64,000 bases of DNA from Amphiscolops sp. MND2022 (lineage: Eukaryota): positions 39,496,001 to 39,560,000 of the forward strand of contig OZ076409.1 of the NCBI GenBank assembly GCA_964187785.1. The letters run 5' to 3'. Made by a program: the position numbers and the translations under genes. The notes under the pieces were generated by a model that was given only the letters and a program-made list of their open reading frames with translations, did no database searches and was not told the DNA's origin. The first letter of the stretch is position 1. Each line of letters opens with the position of its first letter. Positions 37,834 through 51,800 of this stretch are shown piece by piece.

Positions 37834-38268
37834 CAAGGTTGACATTGTTTTAAACAGGTGTTTTAAACAAGGGATAAACATGTTTTAAACAGCATTGAAA
37901 AAAAAACAATGTTTTTATTTTTTTTCACTACAGTTTCTCTTACTTCATCTGAAAACGTAAAGGGCCTTGAATATATTCGACATTGTAAGGCCGATATCAT
38001 GCCTGATGTCATGAAAGTTTTAGCAAAAGAAGATCCCTTTGTGCCAAGTCTTTTTGAAAATTTTAAAGAGGCATCTACAACCTCATGGTGGAAGCTGGGA
38101 TTACGTATGGGCTTTCCTGAAGGGATTTTGCAGTTTGCTTTGTCTCTTTTACCGGCTGTGTGCAGTTATTTTGCATTTCTTTGAAAAAAAAACAATAAAA
38201 AACAAAAAAACATGCATTTTTCGAAATAAAACTAAAACGAAAAAAAACGTGTTTAAATCGCAACCTTG
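37834..38268. mobile_element. hAT-type MITE inserted in the exon 2 splice acceptor
   Basis: TIRs CAAGGTTG / CAACCTTG; perfect 8-bp TSD GTTATAGG at 37826-37833 and 38269-38276. Confidence 0.88.
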
Positions 38269-38275
38269 GTTATAG

Positions 38276-39888
38276 GCGTAGTCCCATTGTTACCTCCTTT
38301 CAACTACGACGAGGGACGTCAGCACCATCCCGCTTTTTTCTACACCGTCAACCAGACATTTGCCCACTTCGACTGGGACTTCTCGCTGGCAGCTGTCTAC
38401 GTCAAAGATGATTCCCGAGACGATGTTTACATGCAGGCAATCTGGTCCTTTGTGTGGTCCTGGAGAAGCGCCCTACTAGAAAGTATCGATGCATACCAGG
38501 TTGCTTTAATAAGCGAGAAATATGACAACGGAACTGTATACTTGAAGCATCTGGATTTCAAAAGCGTCGGTTTCCGCAGTTGGACCCGAGTCCTTGTCAT
38601 TTCAATGCATCCTAGGCTGTTTCGAGATTTCATGTGGAATCTTTTTCATGACCTCAAACTTCCCATTGAAGAGTACGTTTTTCTGTTTCTGGATGTACAT
38701 TACCCCATGTCTAATGAAGACTGGATTCAGCCGTGGCGAGATAGAAATCTGCCTTTGGATCACGAGAGAAACAAGTTGATGAAACACTATTTCCGCCATG
38801 TCCTAATTTACCGTCCTCACACTGTTCTGACAGATCAAGATTCTCTGGATACAATAAGTGAAGCGTACAACAAAGCGTGTAAGAAAGCTAATTACTCTTA
38901 CTGCCAACTTCCCAATTCAGCTGAACACATGCAGTTTGTGTCTGCTACTTCTGACGGAGTAAAACTATTGATGCAGGCCATGAATAGCACCCTCGAAAAG
39001 GGAAGAAGTTTTGACACGAGTCCTCTGCTCATGGCTGAATTCGTCGAATACATTGCTGGGAAAACCTTCCACAAAGAAGACAACTTCACCTCCACAGTCA
39101 TATTCAATGACCGCGGAGAACGAGTATCGAAAGTCCACCTTTGGCGAATGCTGGATTCTGAATCCGGCAACTTTTCCATTCACGTTACCTTCAACGAGGA
39201 TGGAACAAACACCACTTTTGCCCCTGGTATCAATTGGATTTCAGGCTCCGCACCAAAAAACCCGCCTTTTTGCGGATACGACAACGATAAATGTAAGAAA
39301 CCCGAGACCCTTAAGTATTTGGTTACTTTTGTGAGCCTCGGAGTGAGCATATTTTTAATCATAATGATGATTCTCGGTTTTATAATATATCGCAAAGTGA
39401 AACTGGAGGAAGAGTTGATGAAAATGATCTGGAAGATAAAGCACGATGAGTTGGATTTCAGTGAAGGCAAGAGCGCTTCCACCCCCTCGCTTTCACATCA
39501 CGTTGTAAACTCAGTCGATTCCAAATCCCAGCAGAATAATACATCCGTTTATCACAAAAACTTACAGAATCACGTCAAAACAGTCCTAACCAACGTTTCC
39601 TCAAACAATTCTTCCTCTCAAAGAGAGTCATATAACAACACAAATTCGCTATCTGTGAACAACGGCACTGTCCCAAACGGCAACGCTGGGGGGAAATTGT
39701 CCGTGGTTGCTCCTAGAAAGACTTCCTCTTCGATATTCGCCGTCAGAAGGACTAGCAACAATCAGGGTCCCATGGCTCTTAGCAACAAAGAGAGAATGTC
39801 AGTTGTAGCAGGCACTCCATATGAGCACGCTTTCACTTCACACCGACCAGAGCCGCAATACGTGTTTCCTCGTTACAAGAAAATGAAG
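38276..39888 (+). CDS. Receptor guanylyl cyclase exon 2: extracellular domain, TM helix, juxtamembrane region
   Basis: Phase-1 acceptor matches exon 1; FNDRGER, INW...PPFCGYDNDKC, TM segment, KLEEELMKMIWKI; phase-0 donor AAG|GTTAGC. Confidence 0.9.
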
Positions 39889-40887
39889 GTTAGCTAGCGT
39901 CCTTTCATCGCTGTTTTTGTTTCAAAAGGTTTCCGCTACCGCCGCAAACCTAAAGAATTTGGTGGCCAATTAATCACAGGCAAATATCAAGCTTTCTCTT
40001 TTCTTGGTAATTTTCTAAGGAACGAGTAGCTGTTGTCAAAAGGTGGCGTTTCGTTGACCAAATTGATACATGGAAGATTTTGAAAGCCTAAGTGGCTTTG
40101 TTGTGGTGGTTTCCTGCTATCATTGTCGGTAGTGAAATTTCAGAAAGTGTTCAGTGTCGTCCTATACTTTTTTGGATTTCAGCATGAAAAGGAAAGGAAA
40201 ATGGTGTGCGCGTAATTTTAGTAATCCCAATATTTTCAAAATGGTAGAGTATCGTGCTTACATTTTAAACCGACATTGAAATACATTTATATGGTTTCTA
40301 ACTTGAACCGATCATGCGTACACGCTGTCTGCATAGAAGCAGCCATTCCTGTATCTCGGTGATGCTTCTTGAAGACGACAACGAAGCCTGAAAACTTTTA
40401 GAGTCTCCGTTTGTCTATCTGATACCGTCGCAATGGCTAGCCAATCATGAACGACAATTTTTCTTTTCTTAATAACCGCTTTTGTCTAATGGACTCATTT
40501 CTATTTTTTTTCAGTTCAAGCACTTGTTTGTTCGCATTTTTCCTAAATGAAGTTTCATCTACAAACAGTTATTTCGTCACCAGCTGCAGAAAAGCGTGTT
40601 TCAAATATGAAAAAAAAATCGTTTTAATCAGTAATTAAACAGGAGTATAATCTAAGATTCTTTCGAAAACCAATACCGATGAAATAAGTTTTTAAGGGTA
40701 ATGTATACAGATGTAGAAATTTGACTTGATAGATAAATAGAAGTGTTATGTCATCGAATGATGAAATTACACACTCGATTGGGACACAAATGAGTCTATT
40801 GACTCTACTAGTTGTGCCCTTGGGAACCAGTTAGTATTGAACTAAACTTGTATAATTTAGAAAAAAATTGACTTGATGCATTTTCAG

Positions 40888-41518
40888 GTTGCTGCACGAC
40901 CACTCAAAGATTCAGTCCAGTTTGAGTTGAACCGAAAGCGATTAATAGAGTTGAAGAACTTGAAAACGTTTACGAGCGAACACGTGGTGCGGTTCATTGG
41001 ATGTACCGTGGACCAACCTAGGTACATTGTGTATGAGAATTGTGAAAAGGGCTCTCTATATTCATTTCTACGGTCCCCCATGAAAGCAGATCTATCGTTC
41101 CGGTTTTCCCTCATGCTGGACATTGCCAAAGGACTGCTTTTCCTTGTTCAAAATGGGATGTTCCATGGAAGGCTCAATGCGAAAACCTGCGTTCTTGACA
41201 ATCGCTTTGTGTGTAAAATAGGCGACCATGGTCTTTATTCCTTACGACCTCTGCCCATCATAGACATGAGTCAGCCAGATATGTATACTGAAGATAAATA
41301 TTACGTAAAATATGTTTACGTTGCTCCCGAAATTCTCCGTAGAGATACTTTGCCAAGTTCACAGGAAATGCAACATTCCGAATTCACCCACTTGATGCAG
41401 AAGGCAGATTACTATTCGTTGGCTATCATCTGTCACGAAATTCTGTACCAGAAGCAACCTTTCCATATCACCAACAGAGATTATACCCACAGGCAGAAAA
41501 TTCTGGAAGTTATCAAAG
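40888..41518 (+). CDS. Receptor guanylyl cyclase exon 3: kinase-homology domain
   Basis: TTTTCAG acceptor; HVVRFIG, CEKGSL, FHGRL, KIGDHG, YVAPEILR, QKADYYS; phase-1 donor. Confidence 0.92.
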
Positions 41519-42194
41519 GTTACTTGTTGTACTATTTAAATATTCTAACGAAGAATGCTTATCGAAAGCCGTACTGACTCGAAGCCCTCTAGTTGGAGAG
41601 TTGAGGTTGGGGGTGTAATGGATATACTTTCTGATCAATGGACGGTGATACGTTCTTGAAAGTGGCATTTTATCTATACTCAATAAGTATCACTGTTCTG
41701 TAATTGATTTCATCGTTGCGACAACTTTAATTCTACCATTTGTATTCAATTTTGAAACCAAGTGATCTTCACCATGACCGGCTCAACTATTTTATATTGA
41801 AAGCACCTCCTCAATGTAATCTTTAAGAATTGATTAGCTCCTGAAAAACAGTTTTAAAAACCGAGCTTAGAGGGACTCTCAAACTGTTTTTTTTGAAGCT
41901 AATCAATTGCAAAATCCATTCAAAAATATTCAGCTGAGCTGTTCATGGTCAAGACCGTTTCGCCTGTTTATGAAAAAATTTCACACGTGCAGGAAATGCT
42001 GACGCAGAAAAGCTTGAACTTTTCAGTTTCTTACTAAATATATTCAAGCAAATCGGCTACAAAAAACTACTTCGTGTTTTTCGCCAAAACAATATTCCAA
42101 ACTGTCAGCTACCTGTGTCTTGAAAAGTCATCACTAAAGTTGACCTATAACTCCGTAGTACAGTAATATTTTAGTAATATTTAAATCAAACTGG

Positions 42195-42623
42195 TTTTTT
42201 AGTCGGCGCTTCATGAAGTGAAACGCGACTACTATAGTGACTTTTATTTTTTTTTCAATCCACATGAACTGACCAAAATAGTTCTTAAAAGTTCTACGAA
42301 ATTTTATGGTCCCAAATTGAATCATTTGGCCTAGAGAACTGAACCAAAAAAGTTTTTGCTCGTTTTCCGCGTAACATACAATACAGGGAGAGACTAAAGG
42401 GTCCCCCTTTTATTTTTTTGCACCAAAGGGTCCCCCTGCAATTGTTTTGATGATTTGCGACAGAATGGATAAAAATCTCAAAGCGTCCCCCTTGGCGCGC
42501 CAATTCGGTCCAATTTTTGGGTTTTTCGGGTGCTGCAGAAGAGAATACTTTGACATTTTGAAGTCCCTTTCCTGTTTTTGAGCCTTAGATATGGCGCCGA
42601 CTTGCGCCGGTCCCGGCTTGTTT
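42195..42623 (+). mobile_element. Non-autonomous Helentron-type element (HINE/DINE-1-like), reference copy
   Basis: T run, subTIR AGTCGGCGC (42201), partial IR GCGACT, 3' subTIR GCGCCGACT (42594), hairpin GCCGG-TC-CCGGC, TTGTT end; no TSD. Confidence 0.75.
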
Positions 42624-45600
42624 TACAAAATTTGCCAAGCACCAAATTTATATACAAGCTAAAGGGTTTCACATAGAATTCAAGTGACGTAAAATTAGTA
42701 TCATGCGGCGGTATGTATTTGTAAAGATTTTTGGACTTTTTTGGTTCACCCCAAGAATGACCCAAAAACAGTAAAATTTGCAAAATTTTCCGATTTTAAA
42801 CGTTTTTATGCAATTTTTGTCAAATTTTTGATAGATTTGGTGGCCTAGAGGCTTTTTCGAAGAAATAAGTGCCATTTTTCAATGTCAGATTTTTGATACA
42901 TTTGCTAGCTTGGAAAGTTAAAAACGTTCAACAAGGAAAGAATTCGTTGTCCAAGAGGCTTCTTCGAAGAGGTAAATGCAAGTGCAATTTCTTTCGAAAA
43001 ACGCCTTAAATTTAGACCGAAATTGACGAAAATCCCAAAAAATCAAAAAAGTTTTCATGCAACTGTTCAAAAAGTTCCAGTTTATGTAGCTTTTTCTATT
43101 ATTTGAGTCCATTTTTGTGAGTTAGGTTCAAACAAATCAAAGGCAAAAGGTCAGGTATGTAGTGTTCTTTTTTGATGAGAAAATTACAATGTTCTACATC
43201 AGGAATACTTCGAAACAACACAAGTGAGCTCGAAAGTAAATGAATTGAAATTTTAAACATTTTTGTGCAAAAGTCCTTCAAACGAAACGTTTCGAGGGTT
43301 AGAACTATAGAATGGTTCAATAACAAATGCACTTGATATCCAGTTGGCTTTTGTGGGAGGTATTTCCTGTAAAATATCGAAAGTTTCCTTTTTTGACACT
43401 TCTGGTGATTGTTTGTGAAACTTTTCGTTAACTAGATGGCCCTAAAGCTCCAGACAAACAATCAAGCTCTGCAGTACGCCTTTGAGGGCAAACTTTGTAA
43501 AGAATGAAAAAGTCTAGCAGCAAAGTAATGCGAAATGGAGTAGACTTTTTGGAACTCAATTGCAGTTTCATGTTCGAAAAGAGCCTCAAAATGACCCCAG
43601 AATAACCAAAAGTCAAACGTTTTAAAAATTTTTGACGTTTTTAACCCATTTTTTTTCGAAATTTTGAAAGATTTCGTGAGTTAGAACTTTGAAACATTGA
43701 ATTAGCATCTGAAATTTATTGTCCAGTAAATTTTTTGAAAAAATGAATGCAAGTTATCATAGGAAATATGCCTAAAATTTCACCCCAAAATATCAAAATC
43801 AAATTTTGTCCAGTTTGTCGTTTTTCCTGCAGTTTGTGTACAATTTTGAAAGTTTTTGTGACTGAGAAAGTTCAAAACACTCAACGAACAAGCTAGCTAT
43901 GCAGTATGCTATTTGAAAAGAGTTGCAGTATTTTGCTTCACAATCGCATCAGAAATTACCCTGATGAGTTGGAGAAGAAAAAAATCCAAAGTCAACGTTT
44001 CATATGCAAAGTTCTGAATTTTTTGAGAAGTTTCCATCGTTGGGAGAATGAAAAAGTTCAACTGCGAACAAATGCGTTATTCAGTAGGCTTTTTAACGGT
44101 CAATTGCAGTTTCACGTTAGAAAAGATTCTCAAAAGGACCCCAAAATAGAAGAAAAAAAAACAAATTATGACAGTTACCAAAATTTCATAAAATTCTAAG
44201 TCAAATTTTTTAAATAGGCATGCACAATGTTCACAAAAAGAAATTAACAATTTTGTATGTAAAAAATTGTCAGAACGACTGAAATAAGTGAAAACTCCAT
44301 TTTTATTGTTTTTGAAGTATTGATATACTTTTTTGTAAACCTTTCGAGCACTTTTTTAATTCAATAGGCGTTTTAAAAAACATCTATAGTTTCTTAGAAA
44401 AGTTCCTCAAATGACCGCAAAGTTGTCGAAAAAGCAAAGTTTTCCAAATTTTGCTGTTTTTGACGACTTCGCGCTAACTTATTAAAAATTGATTGGTTAG
44501 GTTTTGGTATACACACAAGCCGACAAAAAATTAGGTGTTTGGTGTGTTCTTGAAGTGTTTGCTTCTGAAATGGGATGACGTTCAAAAAGTGTCAAATCGT
44601 CTTCATCAAACTTCTGTGCGTTTTCATAGTGCAATGGCTACTCTTGAGTCTCAAAAATATGTCATTGCTAGGACCGTTTGGACGGAAAATATCCTGCTAG
44701 TCAGCGGGCGTCTTGTAAAAAAATTTCTAGAAGAAATGATGTTTCAGTAGAGCAATTTCTTTTTTCGATAGTATTTAGATGGGGTTAAGCAAGCCATCAG
44801 TTACGGAAACCGTACGTTTTTGACTAAATATCCATCTAGGGGTTTTCTAATTATAGATTGTATAGAATTCATTGATATATTTTTGTTTCAAAAACATTCT
44901 AAATGAAAAGATAATGCAGTTTTTCGCCGCGAAACATTCATTTCTTATGTAAATCGACGAAATCTTACCTTTCGAGCGTGATATTTGAAAACGATTGGTA
45001 ATTTTTGAAATCGAAAAATATCCATATATTCAGTAGATTTGTGCGAGTTATTTGAGCGTAAAACTTGCCGAAAAAACTGTGGATAAAACGGTCAAAATCG
45101 GAAAACTGAAAAATTTGTCCCAGAAAAATTTTAAAAAACTAATATGAACTAGATGAAATTCTAAAACTTTTATTTCTGATGTTTCTCAACAGATTTCGAG
45201 AAAATCGAGCCTAAAATCACCCCGGGGGACGTTTTGTTAATCACAGTACTGTGGATGTCGGTATAGAAAAAAGGGCGTCATTAGATGCATGGTTTTCCTG
45301 TTAACATTTTACTAAAATCGACGGTATTTTTTGCCCGTTCATTTTCGGTAATCCTCTGCCATGCTTGAAGTGTTCAATATGTTCACAAATGCTATGAGCC
45401 GTAACTAGTGTGTGCGTCTGATAACTTTTCACGGGGTGTTCAAAAATTATGAATCGGCGCTATTGCCTTGTAATGCGTTCGAAACAAGATGCTGTTGAAG
45501 TTACGGCTAAATATAGGTACTTGATCGACCGGATAATTTACTTGAGGTCACGAAAGGAACATCTGTAGTTGAAAAATCTAGTTAATTGAAAAATCAGTTG

Positions 45601-46855
45601 CGATGATAGCAGTACCAACTTTCGTCGAGAACTGCTGCAAGTTTTTGGTTTTACGTGTCATTAATTTTGTATTGAGCCTGAACGAATTGCTTTTAAAACT
45701 TTTGATGTGTTAGAAAAACATTCGGTCTTTTCATTCGAGAATGAGCTTTGGATGCTGTACTTTTCGAGAGTAATAATCAGCAGCACTTTCAAGTCACGAA
45801 TTTGAATTTTTTGATGCCCTTTTGAATTTTTTGATGTTTTCACAGGCCATTTTTTGAGCCTCCGATATATTTTCAGCAATAAGATGTATGAGTTTTGTCA
45901 AAAAGTACCCCCTAGCATATTCAAGACTCCTTTTGAGCCTCATGCGGGACGCGACTTGGTTCGTATCAAGCTTGTTTCAGTTTTATACCTCTGAAAAAGT
46001 TTCTGAAGGAGGACTACAAATATCCGCAATTTTTGTATTTTTCCGCCAACATCGAAATTTCAAATACCCCATTCTTGAATAATTTTCTTTTCAAAAAGTG
46101 TTTCAGTTGTTTTGAAAGATTTATGGCTAGAATTGATTCAGTCGAGCCGGTTTTCGCGTTTCATTTCAAGTGTGAATGTACTCAAAAGTGTCGAATTTAC
46201 CCGTTTCACGCTATTTTGTTTTTCAGTCAGAAATTTTCAGCAGAGAATTTATTGAATTTTTTTTCAATCTTTTTTACTCGATGTATTTGGCATTAGTCTC
46301 AATCCAACAATCCTTCAGATTGATACTAGGGAATTTGATTCCTGAGATTTTTTCGAGAAATAAATGATTGAAAGTAGCAAAAAATGTCGTTTTTGTCGAA
46401 TTTAAAGATCGTTCTTAATTGTTCTATTCAACTATCAAATTGAGCTCAATCAAAAACTTATGTAGTTTTATTCGGTTTGACCCGTTTTGTGCACGGTTGC
46501 TCTAATTTTGAGTTGTCTTAGTCGAATGATTGCAGAATTAGTAGCATCGTCGTTTCGTTCCACAAGGTCGTTTTTACGACCGATGAAAAAATGTCTGATT
46601 TTTTTTCCTATTCAGATTGATTTAAGCGGAACCGATTTCCGAGATTTGTATTCATTCTAAAGAGATGCTAGTAGCGTTTTGAATTTTCCCTGAATACTAA
46701 TTCCCGAATCTTCTGGAAGTTCTGAATCTTAGTTTATTCGGATACGTATTAGTTCACTTCGAGTCCCCTGTTTACTCAAAAAATGTATGCAATATTGAAA
46801 ATGTTTGGATTAAGAGACCTGCTGGTGTTTGGTAGCATTGTAGTAATGAAAGTTA

Positions 46856-47350
46856 ACAAGCCGGGAACTGCCCAAGTCGACGCCATATCTAAGGCTCAAA
46901 AAGACTCGAAAACGAAAACCACTTTTTCTACAACTGGAGACGACAAAAGCTCTCAAAAAACTAAAAATTGAGAAAAAAAATTCCGATTTTTTTCGAAATT
47001 TTTTTGAAGTTTCCGGTAAGTCGCATAGTGCCGAAAAATGTAAAAGGGGGGACGCATTGGGATTTTTTAAACATCCATTCTGTTGCAAAATATCAAAAAT
47101 TGATGGGAGGAACAATAAAAAAATTTCGGAAAAAAATCAGTCTCACAGTGCCGAAAAAAGGAGGAAAGTCTCAGTGTCGAAAAAAGTGGACCCTTCTGCT
47201 TTGGAATGGCTTTTTATCTCATGTTAGAGGCTTTGGATGCGTTGAAAATGAAGTACTAAGTACATATGGTAAAAGTTGGTAAATGTGCATTAATGCACAA
47301 AAAGTGGACGTTTCGCGTTGAACTGACGAAAAAAAACTAGCCACTGTAAC
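46856..47350 (-). mobile_element. HINE-family copy
   Basis: Begins AACAAGCCGGGAAC...AAGTCGACGCCATATCTAAGGCTCAAAA, the reverse of the reference 3' end. Confidence 0.65.
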
Positions 47351-47673
47351 GCCGGCTAACAATCAATGGCATTCAACACAAGAATAACATATATGAGACT
47401 CCGATTCATTAATGAAAATTAATTCTAATACAAAACATACAATCGAGTTCAATGTCAATGACAATACCTAATCGAAAGAATTGGAAAATATCCCTTTCGA
47501 CAAATTTGAAGATAGTTTTTTTGTCACGCCATCAAATGAAGCTTAAACGAAAGCCGTAGGTATTTAGATTGAAACAATTGAACCAATTTTGCTCATTTTT
47601 GGTATATTTTCAAGTTATCTCTGGAATTTCCCAGAAGTAATAACATTCGAATGAAAATAGAATGTTTTGAGGA

Positions 47674-48305
47674 AACAAGACGGGAACGTCTTAAGTCGGC
47701 GCTATATCTAAGGCTCAAAAAGCGCAGTTTTTTAAATAATGCGTAGGACGTTTTCATGAAAAACTCCTGTTTTCAAACCTCCGCCTCCTCCTTAGTAAAA
47801 CGCAATAAAGTTCGGATATAACGTCAGAAATTCGGAAATAGCGCTTTACTCCATATATTTCTGATGGTACTGAAAAAATTATTTGTGGGTATATATTGAG
47901 AAAACCCAATTTCAGACTAAAAAGAGTTTTGAAACAGTCTCATAGTGCCGAAAAACTTAAAAGGGGAGACCCTTAGTGCTTTTTGAAACTCCAGTTTGGT
48001 GCAAAATATCAAAAAACTTGAAGGGGGGACCCTTTGGAGATAAAAACTTGGAAAAAAAACGCACAGCGCCGAAAATAATCAAAGGGGGGCCCTATAGTCT
48101 CGTCTGGTTTTGTATCTTACGTTAAAATGGAATAACTGAAATTGGACCCTTTGCATTAACTTAAATGCGTTTCCGCTTGTCTGTCCAGTAGTTTAGTAGT
48201 TCTGTAAAAAGTGTCCACTACGCAAACATTCTGTGGTCTGACGAAAAAAACTAGTCACTGTAATAGTCGGGCTTTTTTCCTTTGAAGGAAAATGCGCCGA
48301 CTAAA
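47674..48305 (-). mobile_element. HINE-family copy
   Basis: AACAAGACGGGAAC...AAGTCGGCGCTATATCTAAGG at the left end; GCGCCGACTAAA at the right end. Confidence 0.7.
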
Positions 48306-48471
48306 GTGTTTTGAAAAGCTTCTTTTTGAGCCAACAACTTTTAGTAGGAAGATCAAACGTCGTGGAAAAAAATGTTTAGGTCTTTGAACATCTTCGCAAT
48401 TGAGTCAAGCGTTTGACCCATAAAATGTTGAACAACTTCTGTTTCTAATTTCATCTTTTTCTGTTATATAG

Positions 48472-48832
48472 GAGGCAAAAGTCCCTTCCGACCCATGTTC
48501 GATGACCGAGACTTCACCGAGGAACTAGAGACCTACGAAAACGATGTGCAAGATTCGATGCGAGTCAGGCTAAACACTGCTCGACACGTGATCGAGCAGT
48601 GCTGGGCTGAGAACCCCCACGACCGACCCGACATGAATTGGGTGTGCGCTCGTCTGAAAGAAAATGTCCACGAAAACATCATGGAAAACATGCTGCAAAG
48701 AATGGACAAGTATGCAAAAACCATGGAAACGTTGGTTGAAGAGAAAGCCAAGAGTGTTGTACAGGAGAAAAAGCGAGCCGATGATTTGTTGTATTCCATT
48801 CTACCTGTCGCTATTGCTACCAAATTGATTCG
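48472..48832 (+). CDS. Receptor guanylyl cyclase exon 4: end of KHD and dimerisation coiled coil
   Basis: Phase-1 acceptor; PFRP, QCWAENPHDRPD, NIMENMLQRMDKYA, EKKRADDLLYSILP; donor CG|GTTAGT. Cyclase exons not found in the window. Confidence 0.93.
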
Positions 48833-51800
48833 GTTAGTGGAAGACGCAACATTGTCATTTTCTTCACTTTGCCCTGTGTCATCTGCAATTTTTTTAATGC
48901 ATAAGGCATTAAATTAATAATCGGGTGTTAAATGATCGCGATCTACCGCTGTGTCCTGGTAGAGTTCATCGTTTTTCACGCTTACCCTTATTAAGTGAAT
49001 CTGTTTGTCTCAATATGCGGAAAACTTGTCGAAATTAAAAAGCGGAAAACTGGACGAAAATTAACTCGCTGAATAATAATTGAGTGCAAACTCGTCGAAT
49101 AATCACAGATTTCACACGGGGACCAGCTAGTGCTGATTATGGATTAATTTTCCTTCATTGATGCGTGAAAATTACAGTTTTGCGCATAATTTAGCCAATT
49201 TGGTTAAATAATCGCTCGAAATGTTTCACTTATAGTTTACAGTGTAATAATAATATTTTTTACTACTTTTTAATATTTTTCATGTCACAAACTTAGCGCT
49301 ATTTTTGTCTGAGATGATTTTCTGTTCCTGCGACGAGTTTTACGCCAGATAATTTTCGGCGAGTTGCTTTTGGCGAGTTTTCCGCCTAGTATTTTTGACC
49401 AGTTGTTTTCGACAAGTTTTCCTAGATTCATTTGACTCAATTACTGAACTCCTTGCACTGAAATTTTTGATGTTTGTCAAACTAATGTTTTTTTGCATAG
49501 ATTTTTCGCTTTTCTTCACTGCTCTCGTTTAAATTTGTATTTTCGTGTATATAAAATTGAAATGCGATTGAGATCAATTGAAACGATTTTTTGTTGTTGA
49601 GTTGTTTCTGGTGCACGAAATGAGCTCTTTGATGTAATTTTTGGCCTATCAAGATAATTCGTCATGCTTGAAAGTCCCTCAATTTCTGACCTTGAGACAC
49701 TACTTTGGCAATGCTTAGGCATTGATATCATTGTTTCAACCAGAAATAAAAATGACAGCTTGAACATTTTTCATGCATTACAGGCATTCAAAGCATATTT
49801 CAAGTATTCTCCAGTAAATTATTACAAACAATCTGGTAGAAAGGTAGTGTATCGGGAAAAGAAGAAAATGGCAAGAAAAACAGCTTTCTTGCTCTTTTAG
49901 TTCTGATTTCATTTCCTGAAAATTTGATTTTCAATTTTGAGCGAGTCAAGGTAAGGAAGACGTTATTTCCGGAACACTTTAGACGTTGATCGCGCCCTTT
50001 CAAGTGAGAATTCCTTGTAAGTGACGTTTTGTTTATAATCTAGCTATGCTTACGGCTATTAGATTCCCAAGTTTTTCTGAGTCAGTATTGGCATTCAGAC
50101 AGATTGATTTGTTGCGGACTCGAACATCTAGTGCGCCGTTCTGATCATGTATGAATCCAATCTGTGTCAACTTTTTTCTAAAATAAATATTTCTCGTAAC
50201 AAGTGTCGTCTTTGTCTCCACTTGAATGAACTGTGGTAACAGGCGAAGCTTACTGTTGCGAATCCAGGTTTTCATTTGCCTGGACATGTAGCACCGTGTG
50301 TTTAGTACACTGTTACTTGCTAATTTCATTTCAGAAACTTCTTTCTACAACTTAGCTGACATCAGATAACAAAAAAATCACAGTTTCGAAATGTATGCCA
50401 ATCAGAAAGCAATGCGCTTGCACTTTGAGGTGTTCGATTACTACTTTGGGGCTTTCAATAATGAATGCTTTTCAATTTTTCTACTTTGACGGTAGTTCTC
50501 TGCGTTAGACTTACTCGTTGAGTTTCACTCGGTGAATTGTATGCTGCTTGAAATATTGTTTTCCACTCACGCATGGCCATGCTTTTCCGTACATAGTGTC
50601 AGTGTATACAAGTGTTGCTTCAAGTTTTGGCGGCTTCTTTGAGTTTCAGAAATCCTTGTAACATTTTTGAAACGAAAATTACCAATCCACGAAGTTCTAA
50701 ATTTGCACTGCATTTATCATTTAATTTTATGTTGCGCATTTTCATGTTCTAACAATTCCTTCATAAGGCTTGATTGCATTCTAGAGTGCAATAATTTATT
50801 CAATTTTTACGTTGGAAAGCATTGAGATCTTAAAATTCTTTTCAGTCGGCGCTTAATGAAATGAAACGCCACTATTATAGTGGCTTTTCGTAGTGTTTTT
50901 TCCCAGTCCGGTCGAAATCACCATTTCGTGCCGAGTGCCAGAATAGTGCCGAATTCCAAATTCATTCAAAGGGTCATCCCGTTTAATTAAAGTCCTAATC
51001 AATTTCAATTTGACTATTCGGATTTCATTTGTCGGTTCGTTTTCGGCACTGTTCGATTTTTTCGAGAAATTAGAAATTTCACGAAAGGGTTGTTTTCCCT
51101 TTAGACTTTTTTGGACCCTGTGCAATTTCTAAATTTTCATGAAAACCGTCATTCAGCATTGTTGAAAGCAAGGTTGAAAAAGAACGATTTTCATTATTTC
51201 TGCGATAGCAGGAATATTATTGAAATCTGAAGAGTCTACTTTTTTTCAGTAAAATTCTCGCACGATACTGAATAATTCAGATATTTTGTTCGGCAGTGAC
51301 TAAGCGTGAGAATTAAATTTCTCAAGCTGCCGACGACAATTCAATTCTCGTGCAATGGAAGACGTCATTGAGATGAAGCGAGTGAATGTTCGTAATTGTG
51401 CTTTCGTTGCGGCGAGTTATGAGATGAAGCGAATGAGTGTTAATTATTCTTTCGCGGAGAGCTTCGCCTGCATTCAAATATATATTTGCTTTAGTCCGAG
51501 ATTTACTACTATTACTACTAAAAGACTGAATTGATTCTAGTCAACAAAAAAATACTTGATGAAAGAAATACTTGTATTTACATTTACAGATTTTTTAACA
51601 ACAGATTTAAAGGCGGGATAAACTGGTACAGTGATTAATTGTGCGGTAAATAATGATTAAACAGGAGTGTATTGGTATTCCAGATATGATTTTTTTATTA
51701 TTGAAAGATTAAAGCAGAAATAATAGTGTGCCCCGGAGGCCTATTTTTCAAAACATCAATCATTTTTTCAAAAACCAAGATTTATTTGATTTATATGATA

